This document shows, one piece after another, positions 8,367-17,446 of a stretch of DNA of 33,488 nt (within the stretch, counting starts at the first letter, position 1; each line of letters begins with the position of its first letter). The stretch covers positions 62,001-95,488 of the forward strand of contig CAYUVA010000008.1 in assembly GCA_964448115.1 (NCBI GenBank). Direction: 5' to 3'. Both the position numbers and the translations under genes were made by a program. The stretch is from an uncultured bacterium. Its GTDB lineage: Bacteria; CAYUVA01. The notes under the pieces were generated by a model. The model searched no databases, had not been told where the DNA came from, and saw nothing but the letters and a program-made list of their open reading frames with translations.

Positions 8367-9821
8367 TCACCGTTTGATTCTTCTTTTAAGATAAGTGCGC
8401 AACATGCCTAGGTACAGGGCTATATCCTTTGGCGAACGAATTGATTTTAACGCTCCGACAGCCTTTTTCCATACCGGGAATCCCTGCATATCAGCCCACT
8501 CGAAGAGTGCATCCTGAATCCTTTTCCAGGGAAGTTTATCAATAAAAATCGGGGCATATCCCTGTGTCGAGGGCAGCATCAGGACTCGATCATCTTTTGG
8601 ATTGGTCCATGTAAAATCTGCTGGCAGTATCCCTTTTTGTTTTGCCAAGATCTCCAACGCGGTGCCAGGATAGATATGAAGCAAACTCAACGAGATCTTG
8701 CCGGAAGCAGGCCACTGGCGGATCAATCGCATTGTCTGCTCCAGGTCCTGCTCGGTCTCTTCCGGGTGGCTGAAGATGAAGAACGGATTGGAGATGATCC
8801 CCAGCTCATCGCACCAGGCGCCTAACTGCCTGACCTGCTCAAGGTCTATTCGTTTGCCGATGACCTCATCGAGTATCCGCTGAGAGCCGGACTCAACGCC
8901 GAAACCGACGCTGAAGCAACCGGCTTCTTTCATGGTAGCCAGCAGCTCCCTATCCACCTGATCCACCCTGATCTCACAAAACCAGTTGAGCCTTAGTTTC
9001 TCCTTATCCAGCGCTTCGCAGAATCTATAGACCCTTTTTTTATTTATATTGAAGGTGTCATCGAATGGCCAGAGAAGCTCGATCTCATACCTATCAACCA
9101 GTTCCTTTATCTCCTCGATGACATTATCGATCGAGCGCATCCTGACCGCCTTTCCCCAAAACAGGCTCGAGGAGCAGAAGTTGCAACCAAATGGACAACC
9201 GCGGCTGGTCATGATGTTACCTCCAGCGAGAGAGCCTTTGCCAGGTACATCATAATAGAAGTTATACTGATCCATCGGCATTATCTCTCTTGCCGGGTGG
9301 GGCAATGAATCGAGTTCTTTGACCAGGGGACGGTCGAGATTATGGAGCACCTGTCCGCCCTCTCGGTAGCTTATCCCTTGTATATTTTCTAGCGAACCAC
9401 CCCCCAACAGACCCTTGATAAGCTCCGTGGACGTAAGCTCCCCCTCCCCGCGCACTATGAAATCGAGTTCCTCAATATGTTCAAGCGTATCCTGTGCTGC
9501 CAGTGATGGATGGGGACCGCCCGCTATGGTGATGACATCGGGAAGCATTTTTTTTATATGGCGGATGCTCTCGAAGCCGAAGAACCGGTTCTCTGTGGTG
9601 ATTGTAAAACCGGCTATGCGCGTCTTTTTCTCTCTTAGCAGTCGTACAATATCTTTATTGCTGAGCCTTTGCACATAAGCATCGATGATGCCTACTGAGA
9701 TCCCAGCCTTTTTCAGCGAGGCAGCAACATAACCGATGCCGAGCGCGGGCATGGACCTGCCCGACTTCCAGCGATCCGCATAGTACCCGCCGGGAGGCAC
9801 GATTAACATTACATCAGTCAT
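8367..9821 (-). CDS. Cobalamin-binding (class B) radical SAM protein, putative methyltransferase
   Basis: N-terminal B12-binding region (PALGIGYVAA, GGPHPS, VRGEGE), TSRGCPFGCNFC, GVESGSQRIL and YPGT. Confidence 0.9.
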   Translation of the reverse strand: MTDVMLIVPPGGYYADRWKSGRSMPALGIGYVAASLKKAGISVGIIDAYVQRLSNKDIVRLLREKKTRIAGFTITTENRFFGFESIRHIKKMLPDVITIAGGPHPSLAAQDTLEHIEELDFIVRGEGELTSTELIKGLLGGGSLENIQGISYREGGQVLHNLDRPLVKELDSLPHPAREIMPMDQYNFYYDVPGKGSLAGGNIMTSRGCPFGCNFCSSSLFWGKAVRMRSIDNVIEEIKELVDRYEIELLWPFDDTFNINKKRVYRFCEALDKEKLRLNWFCEIRVDQVDRELLATMKEAGCFSVGFGVESGSQRILDEVIGKRIDLEQVRQLGAWCDELGIISNPFFIFSHPEETEQDLEQTMRLIRQWPASGKISLSLLHIYPGTALEILAKQKGILPADFTWTNPKDDRVLMLPSTQGYAPIFIDKLPWKRIQDALFEWADMQGFPVWKKAVGALKSIRSPKDIALYLGMLRTYLKRRIKR

Positions 9822-10043
9822 GGCGTTCCTTGGATATTAACAACCGTATAATCATGGAGCTTATAGCAAACTTGGAGCAATATATAAAGAGATTATTTTA
9901 TGCAAAAACATATATATATAATGCTAAATAACAGAAAAACTTTCGATAATTATTGCTTTTATTTTAATAATCCCTTTTGTGAGAAATGTAGTTGTATTTT
10001 ATGCTTAAATATTTTAGCGTAATTTATAATGATGTCAGCAACC

Positions 10044-10691
10044 TCACGGCTTGGGTATCTTCTCCCAGTCCTTCTTGAAGCGGTCGATGCCGATATCGGT
10101 GAGCGGGTGCCTAGTTAGCTTCTCGATCACATTGAAGGGGATGGTCGCAATGTGTGCCCCTGCCCCTGCTGCCTCGAGGACATGCAGCGGGTGCCTGATG
10201 CTGGCTACGATTATTTCGGTCTCGTAGTAGTAATTATCGAAGATCAAGACTATCTCCCTGACGATGTCCATCCCCACATGGCTGATGTCGTCGAGCCTGC
10301 CGATGAATGGGCTGACATAAGCGGCGCCGGCTTTTGCTGCCAAAAGAGCCTGAATCGGGTTGAAGATCAGTGTCATGTTTACGGCTATGTCCTCGTCGGC
10401 AAGGTACTTGGTCGCCTTGAGTCCCTCAGTGGTCATCGGTATCTTGATCACTATATTCGAGGCTATGGAAGCTAGATCCTCAGCCTCGTTGATCATGCCC
10501 TGGTAGTCATCCGAGATAACCTCAGCGCTGACCGGTCCCTCGACTAGTTCACAGATTTCTTCCAGGCACTCGCGCATCATCTTTCCTGTCTTGGCGACCA
10601 GGCTGGGATTAGTAGTTACGCCGTCGAGCACCCCTAACTCGTGTGCCTCTTTGATTTCCTCTATCTTTGCCGTATCGATAAAGATCTTCAT
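10044..10691 (-). CDS. tal: Transaldolase (TalC/FSA-like family)
   Basis: [19 protein letters not shown], Schiff-base [13 protein letters not shown] (Phe, the transaldolase type) and [17 protein letters not shown]. Confidence 0.92.
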   Translation of the reverse strand: MKIFIDTAKIEEIKEAHELGVLDGVTTNPSLVAKTGKMMRECLEEICELVEGPVSAEVISDDYQGMINEAEDLASIASNIVIKIPMTTEGLKATKYLADEDIAVNMTLIFNPIQALLAAKAGAAYVSPFIGRLDDISHVGMDIVREIVLIFDNYYYETEIIVASIRHPLHVLEAAGAGAHIATIPFNVIEKLTRHPLTDIGIDRFKKDWEKIPKP

Positions 10692-10721
10692 TATGATAAC
10701 CTCCGGTTATTTTAGGATGCG

Positions 10722-10750
10722 AACCTATCGCAAAATTAGCCTATTGTCAA
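10722..10750 (-). promoter_or_regulatory. Putative sigma70 promoter of tal
   Basis: Minus strand reads TTGACA (10750-10745), 17 nt, TAGGTT (10727-10722). Confidence 0.5.
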
Positions 10751-10776
10751 TGATAATCTATCTTTCAGCAGCGCAT

Positions 10777-11190
10777 TTATAGCCCTATGTTTTCCACCCT
10801 CCAGGTGCCATCATCATTGAGATATGCCATCAAGGGATGGATTTTTACCTGCGGGAAGCTGGAAAGAATGATCTCCCTCGCCTTTCTCATATCCTGTAAG
10901 TAGCGCTCAAGTTCCTCTTCGAGAGTGCTAAATGCCTTGCTACCACCATAAGCGCCACAGTCCTGGTGGTGCATAAGGTACACATCACTCACACCGTGTA
11001 AATCAACCGCTGTCTTGATATTAGAAAAGATTAATCCCTTGGGATTCTCAGCCAGCTCCTTGGTTACGCCGGCAACCGAGATTACATCGCAGTCGCCGAC
11101 CAGCTTCTCTTTCTCCATCCAGTTGTACACATCCTTTGTCATCCTGAAATCCATGCACTTTACCAGCACGCTGCTGCACTTTTTAGCCAT
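10777..11190 (-). CDS. Small beta-class-like carbonic anhydrase
   Basis: Zn-ligand motifs CMDFR and HHQDCGAY. RBS AAAGGAG. Confidence 0.8.
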   Translation of the reverse strand: MAKKCSSVLVKCMDFRMTKDVYNWMEKEKLVGDCDVISVAGVTKELAENPKGLIFSNIKTAVDLHGVSDVYLMHHQDCGAYGGSKAFSTLEEELERYLQDMRKAREIILSSFPQVKIHPLMAYLNDDGTWRVENIGL

Positions 11191-11205
11191 CGTCTTATCT
11201 CCTTT

Positions 11206-12150
11206 CTAGGTCGCTAATCTAAGGCTCCCCTTTCTTGTATCCATGATAACCCTGGCGCCGACCGGCAGGCACAGGTTCACCTTGCCGTGTCCGAAGGGGG
11301 CTTCCATTATGACCGGTATGTCAAGCCCGGCAAAGACATCCTCTATCACTTGGAGCATGGTCAGGCTCCGCTCCGGGTGCTCAGGCTCGCAACGATAGAG
11401 CCTGCCTACTATAAGCCCGGATATCTCCCTTAGATTAGCTGCCATGGCGAGATGGGTCAACATCCGGTGTATTGAATAAGGCTCCTCTCGTATATCCTCG
11501 AAGAAGAAGATATTCCCCTTGAGATCGGGCATGAACTCGGTGCCGATAAGATTGCACATCAGGGTCAGGCATCCGCCGACCAACAGCCCCTTGGCTAATC
11601 CGTGATGCAATATCTGGCACTGATAAGCCTTCTTACCTGCATCGATATCGAGGATTATATTGCCCGATTTGCCCTGGATTGTGGCACGGAAGTTCTGAAG
11701 CGTCGCCGGCTCCCTATGTTTGCCAAACGCGCTCTCTACCATGGGACCGTGGTATGTGACAAGGTTCGATTTTAAGGCTATGGCATTGAGCAGCACGGTA
11801 AGGTCGCTGAATCCCATGTAAAACTTGGGGTGGGAGGCGATGTATTCGTAATCGAGATGCCTAAGGTGCTCTATTGTGCCGAAGCCACCCCTAGATGCAA
11901 TGACCAGCCTGATTTCATCATCTTGAATGAAGCGCATAAGGTCGGAAAGTCGCTGCTCTCTCGTACCGGCAAAGTATCCCCATCGCTCATAGACATGCTG
12001 GCCGACTATGACTCTATATCCCTGTTTCTTAAGCCACTCGATGCCATCCTTGAGGTGTTTATCCCTTGAGCGCCCGGCTGGGGCAATGACCCCTATTTTA
12101 TCACCGGGCTTTAATGGTGGGGGAAACTCGGTAGCCACCTTAGCGATCAC
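11206..12150 (-). CDS. LD-carboxypeptidase (peptidase S66)
   Basis: LKPGDKIGVIAPA, RGGFG, GFSDLT (catalytic Ser), YHGP, GGCL, FFEDIRE and FGHG. Confidence 0.9.
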   Translation of the reverse strand: MIAKVATEFPPPLKPGDKIGVIAPAGRSRDKHLKDGIEWLKKQGYRVIVGQHVYERWGYFAGTREQRLSDLMRFIQDDEIRLVIASRGGFGTIEHLRHLDYEYIASHPKFYMGFSDLTVLLNAIALKSNLVTYHGPMVESAFGKHREPATLQNFRATIQGKSGNIILDIDAGKKAYQCQILHHGLAKGLLVGGCLTLMCNLIGTEFMPDLKGNIFFFEDIREEPYSIHRMLTHLAMAANLREISGLIVGRLYRCEPEHPERSLTMLQVIEDVFAGLDIPVIMEAPFGHGKVNLCLPVGARVIMDTRKGSLRLAT

Positions 12151-13177
12151 CTCCTCTCTTCGTATCGCCTATCAGGTCATCTTCTCGATTCGGATGAGTA
12201 ACAGTCTTGTCTTCGACATCGAGTATCATCTCATCAGCGCTCTGCTTGGTGAGTAGTAGTGCGATTACTCCGACCAGCACTGCGAACCATAGCGTGCAAG
12301 CCCTGATGATAAATGTGCTCGCTACCGCGGTTGATTCAGCCATCCCCTTGGTTACCAGCAGTCCGGTCATGCTCGTCTCGGTTAAGCCGATGCCGCCGGG
12401 GAGCATTGTAATGGCGCCGGCTATGGTCGATGCCGCATAGATGAAGCTCGCCTCAAAGACTCCCAGCATCAGGCTCCCCTCCTTGAAGCCACCAACTGTG
12501 ATATAAAAGCCGAGGCACTCGCAGAACCAGGCGATTACGCTGATAAAGGTCGCTATAATCAGTGGCTTGAAGGAGATTAACAAGGCGGTGGAAAGATAGA
12601 ACTCCTCTACCTTGTGGGCGAATTTGCCTATAAAGGGGAGCCTCTCGAAGACGCCGATGATAGCCAAAGAGAGCCGCCTGGAGCTTATTATGGTGATAAA
12701 AACGAGGCTGAGAGCTGCTGCCACGGCAAGCATCATGTAATCAAAATGATATATTACCACTCCAAAGATGCAGATTATGATAAGTGCGATAAAATCTGTG
12801 AGCCTATCGGCCACTACGATAGGCGATGAGCGTGCAATCGATATCCCTTTTTCCACCTTGAGCAGGTAGCTTTTCAGCACCTCGCCTAGCTTGCCCGGCG
12901 TAACCGACATGGCTAGCCCGGCAAGGAATATGCGTAAGCTGGTGAACAAGGGGAGGTTTACCTCAAGGTATCGCAAGTACATCTGCCACTTGAGGAAACG
13001 AGTGAGATAATTACCTAAAGCAAGCGCAAGTATGGGCAAGGTTAGATACCAGTGAAATCGTGTGAAGGAGCGCGCTGTTTCCTTGTAGTCTGCGTAGATG
13101 CTTAGAACCAGAAACACCAGCACACCGAGCGCCACCGATAAAATGAAACGCCGGCTGTATTTCCCAAAGACCTTCAT
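12140..13177 (-). CDS. Lysylphosphatidylglycerol-synthase TM-domain (flippase-like, UPF0104) membrane protein
   Basis: Polytopic, with RFLKW, TPGKLGEVLKSY, DRLTD, PGGIGLTE and IIRACTLWF. Confidence 0.85.
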   Translation of the reverse strand: MKVFGKYSRRFILSVALGVLVFLVLSIYADYKETARSFTRFHWYLTLPILALALGNYLTRFLKWQMYLRYLEVNLPLFTSLRIFLAGLAMSVTPGKLGEVLKSYLLKVEKGISIARSSPIVVADRLTDFIALIIICIFGVVIYHFDYMMLAVAAALSLVFITIISSRRLSLAIIGVFERLPFIGKFAHKVEEFYLSTALLISFKPLIIATFISVIAWFCECLGFYITVGGFKEGSLMLGVFEASFIYAASTIAGAITMLPGGIGLTETSMTGLLVTKGMAESTAVASTFIIRACTLWFAVLVGVIALLLTKQSADEMILDVEDKTVTHPNREDDLIGDTKRGGDR

Positions 13178-13327
13178 CTCGGCGCTTATAATACAGCAAG
13201 TAACAATTCATTCAAGAATTACATGGCTTCGGCAATTTTACCAATCGCTCCTGTTCTGCTAGGATAAAAAACGAGGGCTGCGTTGTTCTCATTCATTGTA
13301 AGATGTATAGAATCGAAAGGAAATATT

Positions 13328-15199
13328 ATGAAAATCAGAATACTGCTGTGCATTGCTGCGCTTGCCGTTGCTGTCAACTTTATCGCGGAACCATCGCTGG
13401 CTTCACAGTTGGAGGTTACCAACCGCATCGAGCATATCGAGAGTCTTTATCAACAAGGTGAGATAGACTTCGACCATTATATCCTTTTTCTGATCCAGGC
13501 AGTAAAAGCCCCACAACTGCTGCCCGATGAGATAAAGGCATGTCCCAAGGTATCCGATCCCCTCTTTTGCGCCACGCCGATCATGCGACTGGTGCAGTTC
13601 TCGAAGTATAAGCTATCCCCTGGCATAAGATCGCAAGTCGAGGCGCTATCCAGGAGACCGAGCGCTGAAGAATATGTCCAGTCCGAGCGCTATCCGTTCA
13701 GAGTCCATTACAACAAGGACCGGGAGAGCTATGCCAAGGCGTTGGTGCCGATGCTGGAACACTGCTGGGATGTAGAGGTCTTTGATTACGGATTTTATCC
13801 ACCGCATCCGGATCTGGGTGCTGGGGGGAGCGACGACCTCGATGTTTACCTGGTAGTCGGCGACTTCGGAGGGTATGTAGCGCCAGAGAGGAGCTATCCC
13901 TATACCGAGCGCACCGATTATACCTGCTATATGGCGATCAATCCACAGATAGGGCTGGGATGGGTGCCTTCGGTTATCGCCCATGAGTTCAACCATACCT
14001 GCCAGTTCGCAATGGATGCCATAGCCGCAGATTGCTTCTTCGAGAACACCGCTACCTTCATACAGGACGAGGTTTACCCGGATATCCCCTATCACTACGG
14101 ATTTTTATCCTACTTCCAGGGCATGCCCTATCTTTCAATTGATTACTTCAACTATGGACAGCCCTACCAGTACGGCGCATTTATGTTCCTGGAGTGGATC
14201 AGCGAATACTATGATGGCGGTTCTGCGGTGATCATCCGCAGGCTCTGGGAGGAAGGGATTCAAAACAATTGGACAAATGAGCCAGACTATCAAGATGTCT
14301 TTGATAGCATAGGATCACAGTATGGTGGCACTAACTTTGCCGATGCGCTGGAGCTTTTCACAACCGCCCGCTATTTCACCGCTGAAAATGATGATGGAAG
14401 ATTCAGCGAGGCTTATAAATGGGGAGGTCATGCCCGGCTCCGTCTAGCAGGTCGTTTTTCAGACGAGGACTACCCGGTCTATTATTTCCAGCCAAACAAT
14501 TTCCCTGCCGAATATGGCAGTAATACCTACGAGATCACCGCCAGCGGAGTTGAGCCTCTCACTATAACCTTCCGTGGTGCACAGCTCAATCTATGGAGAG
14601 TGAACCTGGTCGCCTTTTTCAACGATGGCAGACCGATACAGGAGATCCCAATGTCGATAAACTACGGCTGGGGGCAATATACATTCTATGACCTTGACCA
14701 GTATTCCAAGATAGTGATGTCGGTGCTGAACATGGGTGATGGTATCCACGATCCAGATAATAAGGACTGGGGCGCCAGCCAATACAGTCTCGATTTAGTC
14801 AGGGCTACTTCAACGGAGAATACGCCGACCCCTACGCCGAAGCCTACACCATCGGATTGGCGTGAGGTTGCACCGCAGATAATGCTCGGCGGATACATGG
14901 AGACCGATTTCCGGGCTGCTGAGGGTGGCTACATCCGGCTCATTGTCTATGTAATCGATCCCCAGGGGCGCGATGATATCAGCTCAGTTGAGCTTTATAG
15001 CGGCGCGCATTACATCGAGAGAATGAGGGATGATGGGATGAACCAAGACTTCGATTTCTATGATGGCATCTTCTCCAGCCTTTATACCTTTGAACCAGGA
15101 GTTACCATCCCCGCGATGCACCTGCTGGAGGTGAAAAGCTGGGATCTTTCAGCCAACCAGAGCAACACCTGGCCATACTTGCATGTGAGGGTGGACTAG
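13328..15199 (+). CDS. Secreted zinc metalloprotease (MXAN_6640-like) with a PT linker and a C-terminal 'WPYL' domain
   Basis: Signal peptide (MKIRILLCIAALAVAV...SLA), FRVHY, AHEFNHTCQF...FFENTAT (HExxH plus a distal Glu), YQYGAFMF, TPTPTPKPTP linker and the shared C-terminal domain. RBS AAAGGA precedes ATG 13328. Confidence 0.78.
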   Translation: MKIRILLCIAALAVAVNFIAEPSLASQLEVTNRIEHIESLYQQGEIDFDHYILFLIQAVKAPQLLPDEIKACPKVSDPLFCATPIMRLVQFSKYKLSPGIRSQVEALSRRPSAEEYVQSERYPFRVHYNKDRESYAKALVPMLEHCWDVEVFDYGFYPPHPDLGAGGSDDLDVYLVVGDFGGYVAPERSYPYTERTDYTCYMAINPQIGLGWVPSVIAHEFNHTCQFAMDAIAADCFFENTATFIQDEVYPDIPYHYGFLSYFQGMPYLSIDYFNYGQPYQYGAFMFLEWISEYYDGGSAVIIRRLWEEGIQNNWTNEPDYQDVFDSIGSQYGGTNFADALELFTTARYFTAENDDGRFSEAYKWGGHARLRLAGRFSDEDYPVYYFQPNNFPAEYGSNTYEITASGVEPLTITFRGAQLNLWRVNLVAFFNDGRPIQEIPMSINYGWGQYTFYDLDQYSKIVMSVLNMGDGIHDPDNKDWGASQYSLDLVRATSTENTPTPTPKPTPSDWREVAPQIMLGGYMETDFRAAEGGYIRLIVYVIDPQGRDDISSVELYSGAHYIERMRDDGMNQDFDFYDGIFSSLYTFEPGVTIPAMHLLEVKSWDLSANQSNTWPYLHVRVD

Positions 15200-15232
15200 C
15201 AGCCTTGTAGGTTAAGATGCTAAACTCAAGAC

Positions 15233-15826
15233 ATGGGCGAATGGGATTATCTTGATGAGCACACGCTAAGCGGAATCGCATCAGGTAAACCCCAATATAT
15301 ATCCCTTTTATACACTAAGCTGAAGATCCCCCACAGCACGGTGATGCGCATTATCTCCAAGCAATCATGGGGCTTTGGTGCTGACGTGGAGGATATTTTT
15401 CAGGAGATATTCATCGATAGAATACTACCTGCCATGCGTTGTTTCCAGGCACAAGGGGATGAAGAGCCAGCTAACCAGGCAGGCAAGCTCATCGTTGACA
15501 TAACCAAGAAAGCCTGCATCGACTTCTATCGCAAGGCGAGGGCATCCAAGCGCGGCGCCGACCTTCGCATCAATCTCGATGATGAGGTGATAGAGCGCAT
15601 CTTCGCCGAAGATACATCGCCACTGGAGGTCTCGATAAAACAGCAGAGGAGACAGAAACTTTACGAGGCTATTTCGAGGCTCGACCCTATTTGCCGTGAT
15701 GTGATCAGCTTGCGCCTTCAGGAGTTCACCTCATCAGAGATCGCTAGGCGGCTAAATATGAAGGTCAGCGCGGTGGAGACGAGGATCTTTCGCTGCCTAA
15801 AAACACTACGAAACCTAATAAAGTAA
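15233..15826 (+). CDS. ECF-type RNA polymerase sigma-70 factor
   Basis: Region 2 (DVEDIFQEIF...ACIDFYRK) and region 4 HTH (LDPICRDVISLR...SSEIARRLNMKVSAVETRIFR); 197 aa. Confidence 0.85.
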   Translation: MGEWDYLDEHTLSGIASGKPQYISLLYTKLKIPHSTVMRIISKQSWGFGADVEDIFQEIFIDRILPAMRCFQAQGDEEPANQAGKLIVDITKKACIDFYRKARASKRGADLRINLDDEVIERIFAEDTSPLEVSIKQQRRQKLYEAISRLDPICRDVISLRLQEFTSSEIARRLNMKVSAVETRIFRCLKTLRNLIK

Positions 15827-15907
15827 AGCTTTTTATGATATGTTGATAAAGAGTCAGAAATATTGAAGATCTGCCAAGTATGAAACCTTGCAAATCAAGG
15901 AGTGGGT

Positions 15908-17014
15908 ATGATGACTGAAGAGTTTGTGAGAATACCTGTAGAGAAGCTAAGGAACTTTATGAAGGATGTCTTTATTGGTGCTGGAGTACCTCCAGATGAT
16001 GCCGAAATCTGTTCAGATGTGCTGATCGCCGCTGACCTTCGAGGTATAGACTCTCACGGGATACAGCGCCTAAAAATGTATATCGACCGAATAAAAAAGG
16101 GGATTCAGTACCCGATAACCGAATGGAAGATAATCAAGGAAAACCAGTCCTCAGCCCTGATTGATGCTAACAACGGCATGGGTCATGTTGTCTCCTATCA
16201 TGCTATGAATCTGGCTATTGAAAAGGCGAAAAACACCGGCTGTGCAGCAGTAGCGGTGAAGAACTCGTCTCACTTCGGCATCGATGGTTATTATCCGCTT
16301 ATGGCTGTTGATCGCGGCATGGTTGGAATGGCATTCACTAATGCCCGCCCGGCGATTGCTCCGACATTCGGTGTTACACCCATGATGGGCACCAACCCGA
16401 TAGCATTTGCCTGTCCGACCGACGATAAGTATCCATTTTGCTTTGACGCCGCCACCTCGATAAGCCAGCGGGGAAAGATCGAGGTGGCGAAGCGAGCCGG
16501 TAAAAAGGTGCCTGTTGGATGGGTTATTGACGAGAAAGGAGAAGATATGACCGAGCCTGAAGTGATCCTTCAAAAGCTGCTCGAGGGCAAGGCTTCCATG
16601 CTTCCGTTGGGAGGAGTTGGAGAAACACTCGCCGGTTACAAGGGTTACGGCTTGGCTGCCATTGTCGAAATCCTGTCAACTGCCTTCCAGGATGGACCCT
16701 ACCTGACCAATATCACCTGCCGGGAGGGAGACAAGCTGGTGCCTTACCGTCTAGGGCACTTCTTCATGGCAATTAATATCTCCAGTTTCATCGATCTTGA
16801 GGTCTTCAAGAGGGTGGTTGGAGGGATAGTTCGCACCCTGAAGTCATCGGATAAGGCACCTGGAGCCGAGCGTATTTGGGTCGCTGGTGAAAAGGAATTC
16901 GAGATGATAAAGAAACGACAAGAAGAGGGCATCCCTGTAAACAAAAGCCTGCAGGCAGATATCAAGACGATCATCTCTGATCTTGACATTTCTGGATACC
17001 ATTTCCCGTTTTAG
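15908..17014 (+). CDS. Ldh_2-family oxidoreductase (malate/L-lactate/sulfolactate dehydrogenase-like)
   Basis: ADLRGIDSHG, NSSHFG, MGTNPIAF, DAATS, YKGYGL and AGEKE. The RBS AAGGAG fits ATG 15908 or 15911. Confidence 0.9.
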   Translation: MMTEEFVRIPVEKLRNFMKDVFIGAGVPPDDAEICSDVLIAADLRGIDSHGIQRLKMYIDRIKKGIQYPITEWKIIKENQSSALIDANNGMGHVVSYHAMNLAIEKAKNTGCAAVAVKNSSHFGIDGYYPLMAVDRGMVGMAFTNARPAIAPTFGVTPMMGTNPIAFACPTDDKYPFCFDAATSISQRGKIEVAKRAGKKVPVGWVIDEKGEDMTEPEVILQKLLEGKASMLPLGGVGETLAGYKGYGLAAIVEILSTAFQDGPYLTNITCREGDKLVPYRLGHFFMAINISSFIDLEVFKRVVGGIVRTLKSSDKAPGAERIWVAGEKEFEMIKKRQEEGIPVNKSLQADIKTIISDLDISGYHFPF

Positions 17015-17103
17015 TTAAGGGAACTAAAACTTGAGACTGATACTATTCACTTAGGAACATTTATTGTTCTTTTTGAGTTAACAAATATTACCCTCTCCCA
17101 GAG

Positions 17104-17287
17104 GAGTCTGTTTCAAAATCCACATCGTGTCATCCCGAGCGGAGTCCCGATTTTTCTTAAAATAAGGACCAAGTCGAGGGATCTTATTAACATGTTGATT
17201 CTAATGAGATTCCTCGACTCGCTCGCTTACGCTCACTCGCTCGGAATGACAGGATATGGGACTCCTTGGACATTTTGAGACAAACTC
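17104..17287. mobile_element. 184-bp non-autonomous MITE-like element
   Basis: TIRs GAGTCTGTTTCAAAAT (17104-17119) and ATTTTGAGACAAACTC (17272-17287) are 14/16 complementary and flanked by direct repeat CAGAG (17099-17103, 17288-17292). The interior is a long palindrome. Confidence 0.7.
17128..17251. repeat. REP-like long imperfect palindrome inside the MITE
   Basis: TGTCATCCCGAGCG (17128-17141) pairs with CGCTCGGAATGACA (17238-17251). AGTCGAGGGATCT (17172-17184) pairs with AGATTCCTCGACT (17207-17219). Confidence 0.8.
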
Positions 17288-17324
17288 CAGAGAGAGGAAG
17301 CAAGGATGGAGAGGGAGATCCGAT

Positions 17325-17446
17325 CCCCTCTCCCTCCGGGAGAGGGTTAGAGTGAGGGAGGAAAGACACACCCCTAAATCCCCTCTTGATAGATGGGACT
17401 TTTCGGAACATACCCTCTTTTTAGAGGAAATGATAAGAAAGTCCCC
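17325..17446. repeat. Further REP-like palindromes
   Basis: Hairpins CCCTCTCCCTCCGGGAGAGGG(TTAGAGTGAGGG), CCCCTAAATCCCCTCTTGATAGATGGGACT and GGGACTTT...CCTCT-TTTT-AGAGG...AAAGTCCC. Confidence 0.65.

Noticed and set aside
9830-10040. Replication origin
   Set aside because: AT-rich, but I found no DnaA boxes or origin-associated genes.
10044-10691. Fructose-6-phosphate aldolase (fsa) assignment
   Set aside because: It has Phe in SPF and Glu in SAEV, the transaldolase-type residues, rather than the Tyr and Gln of FSA.
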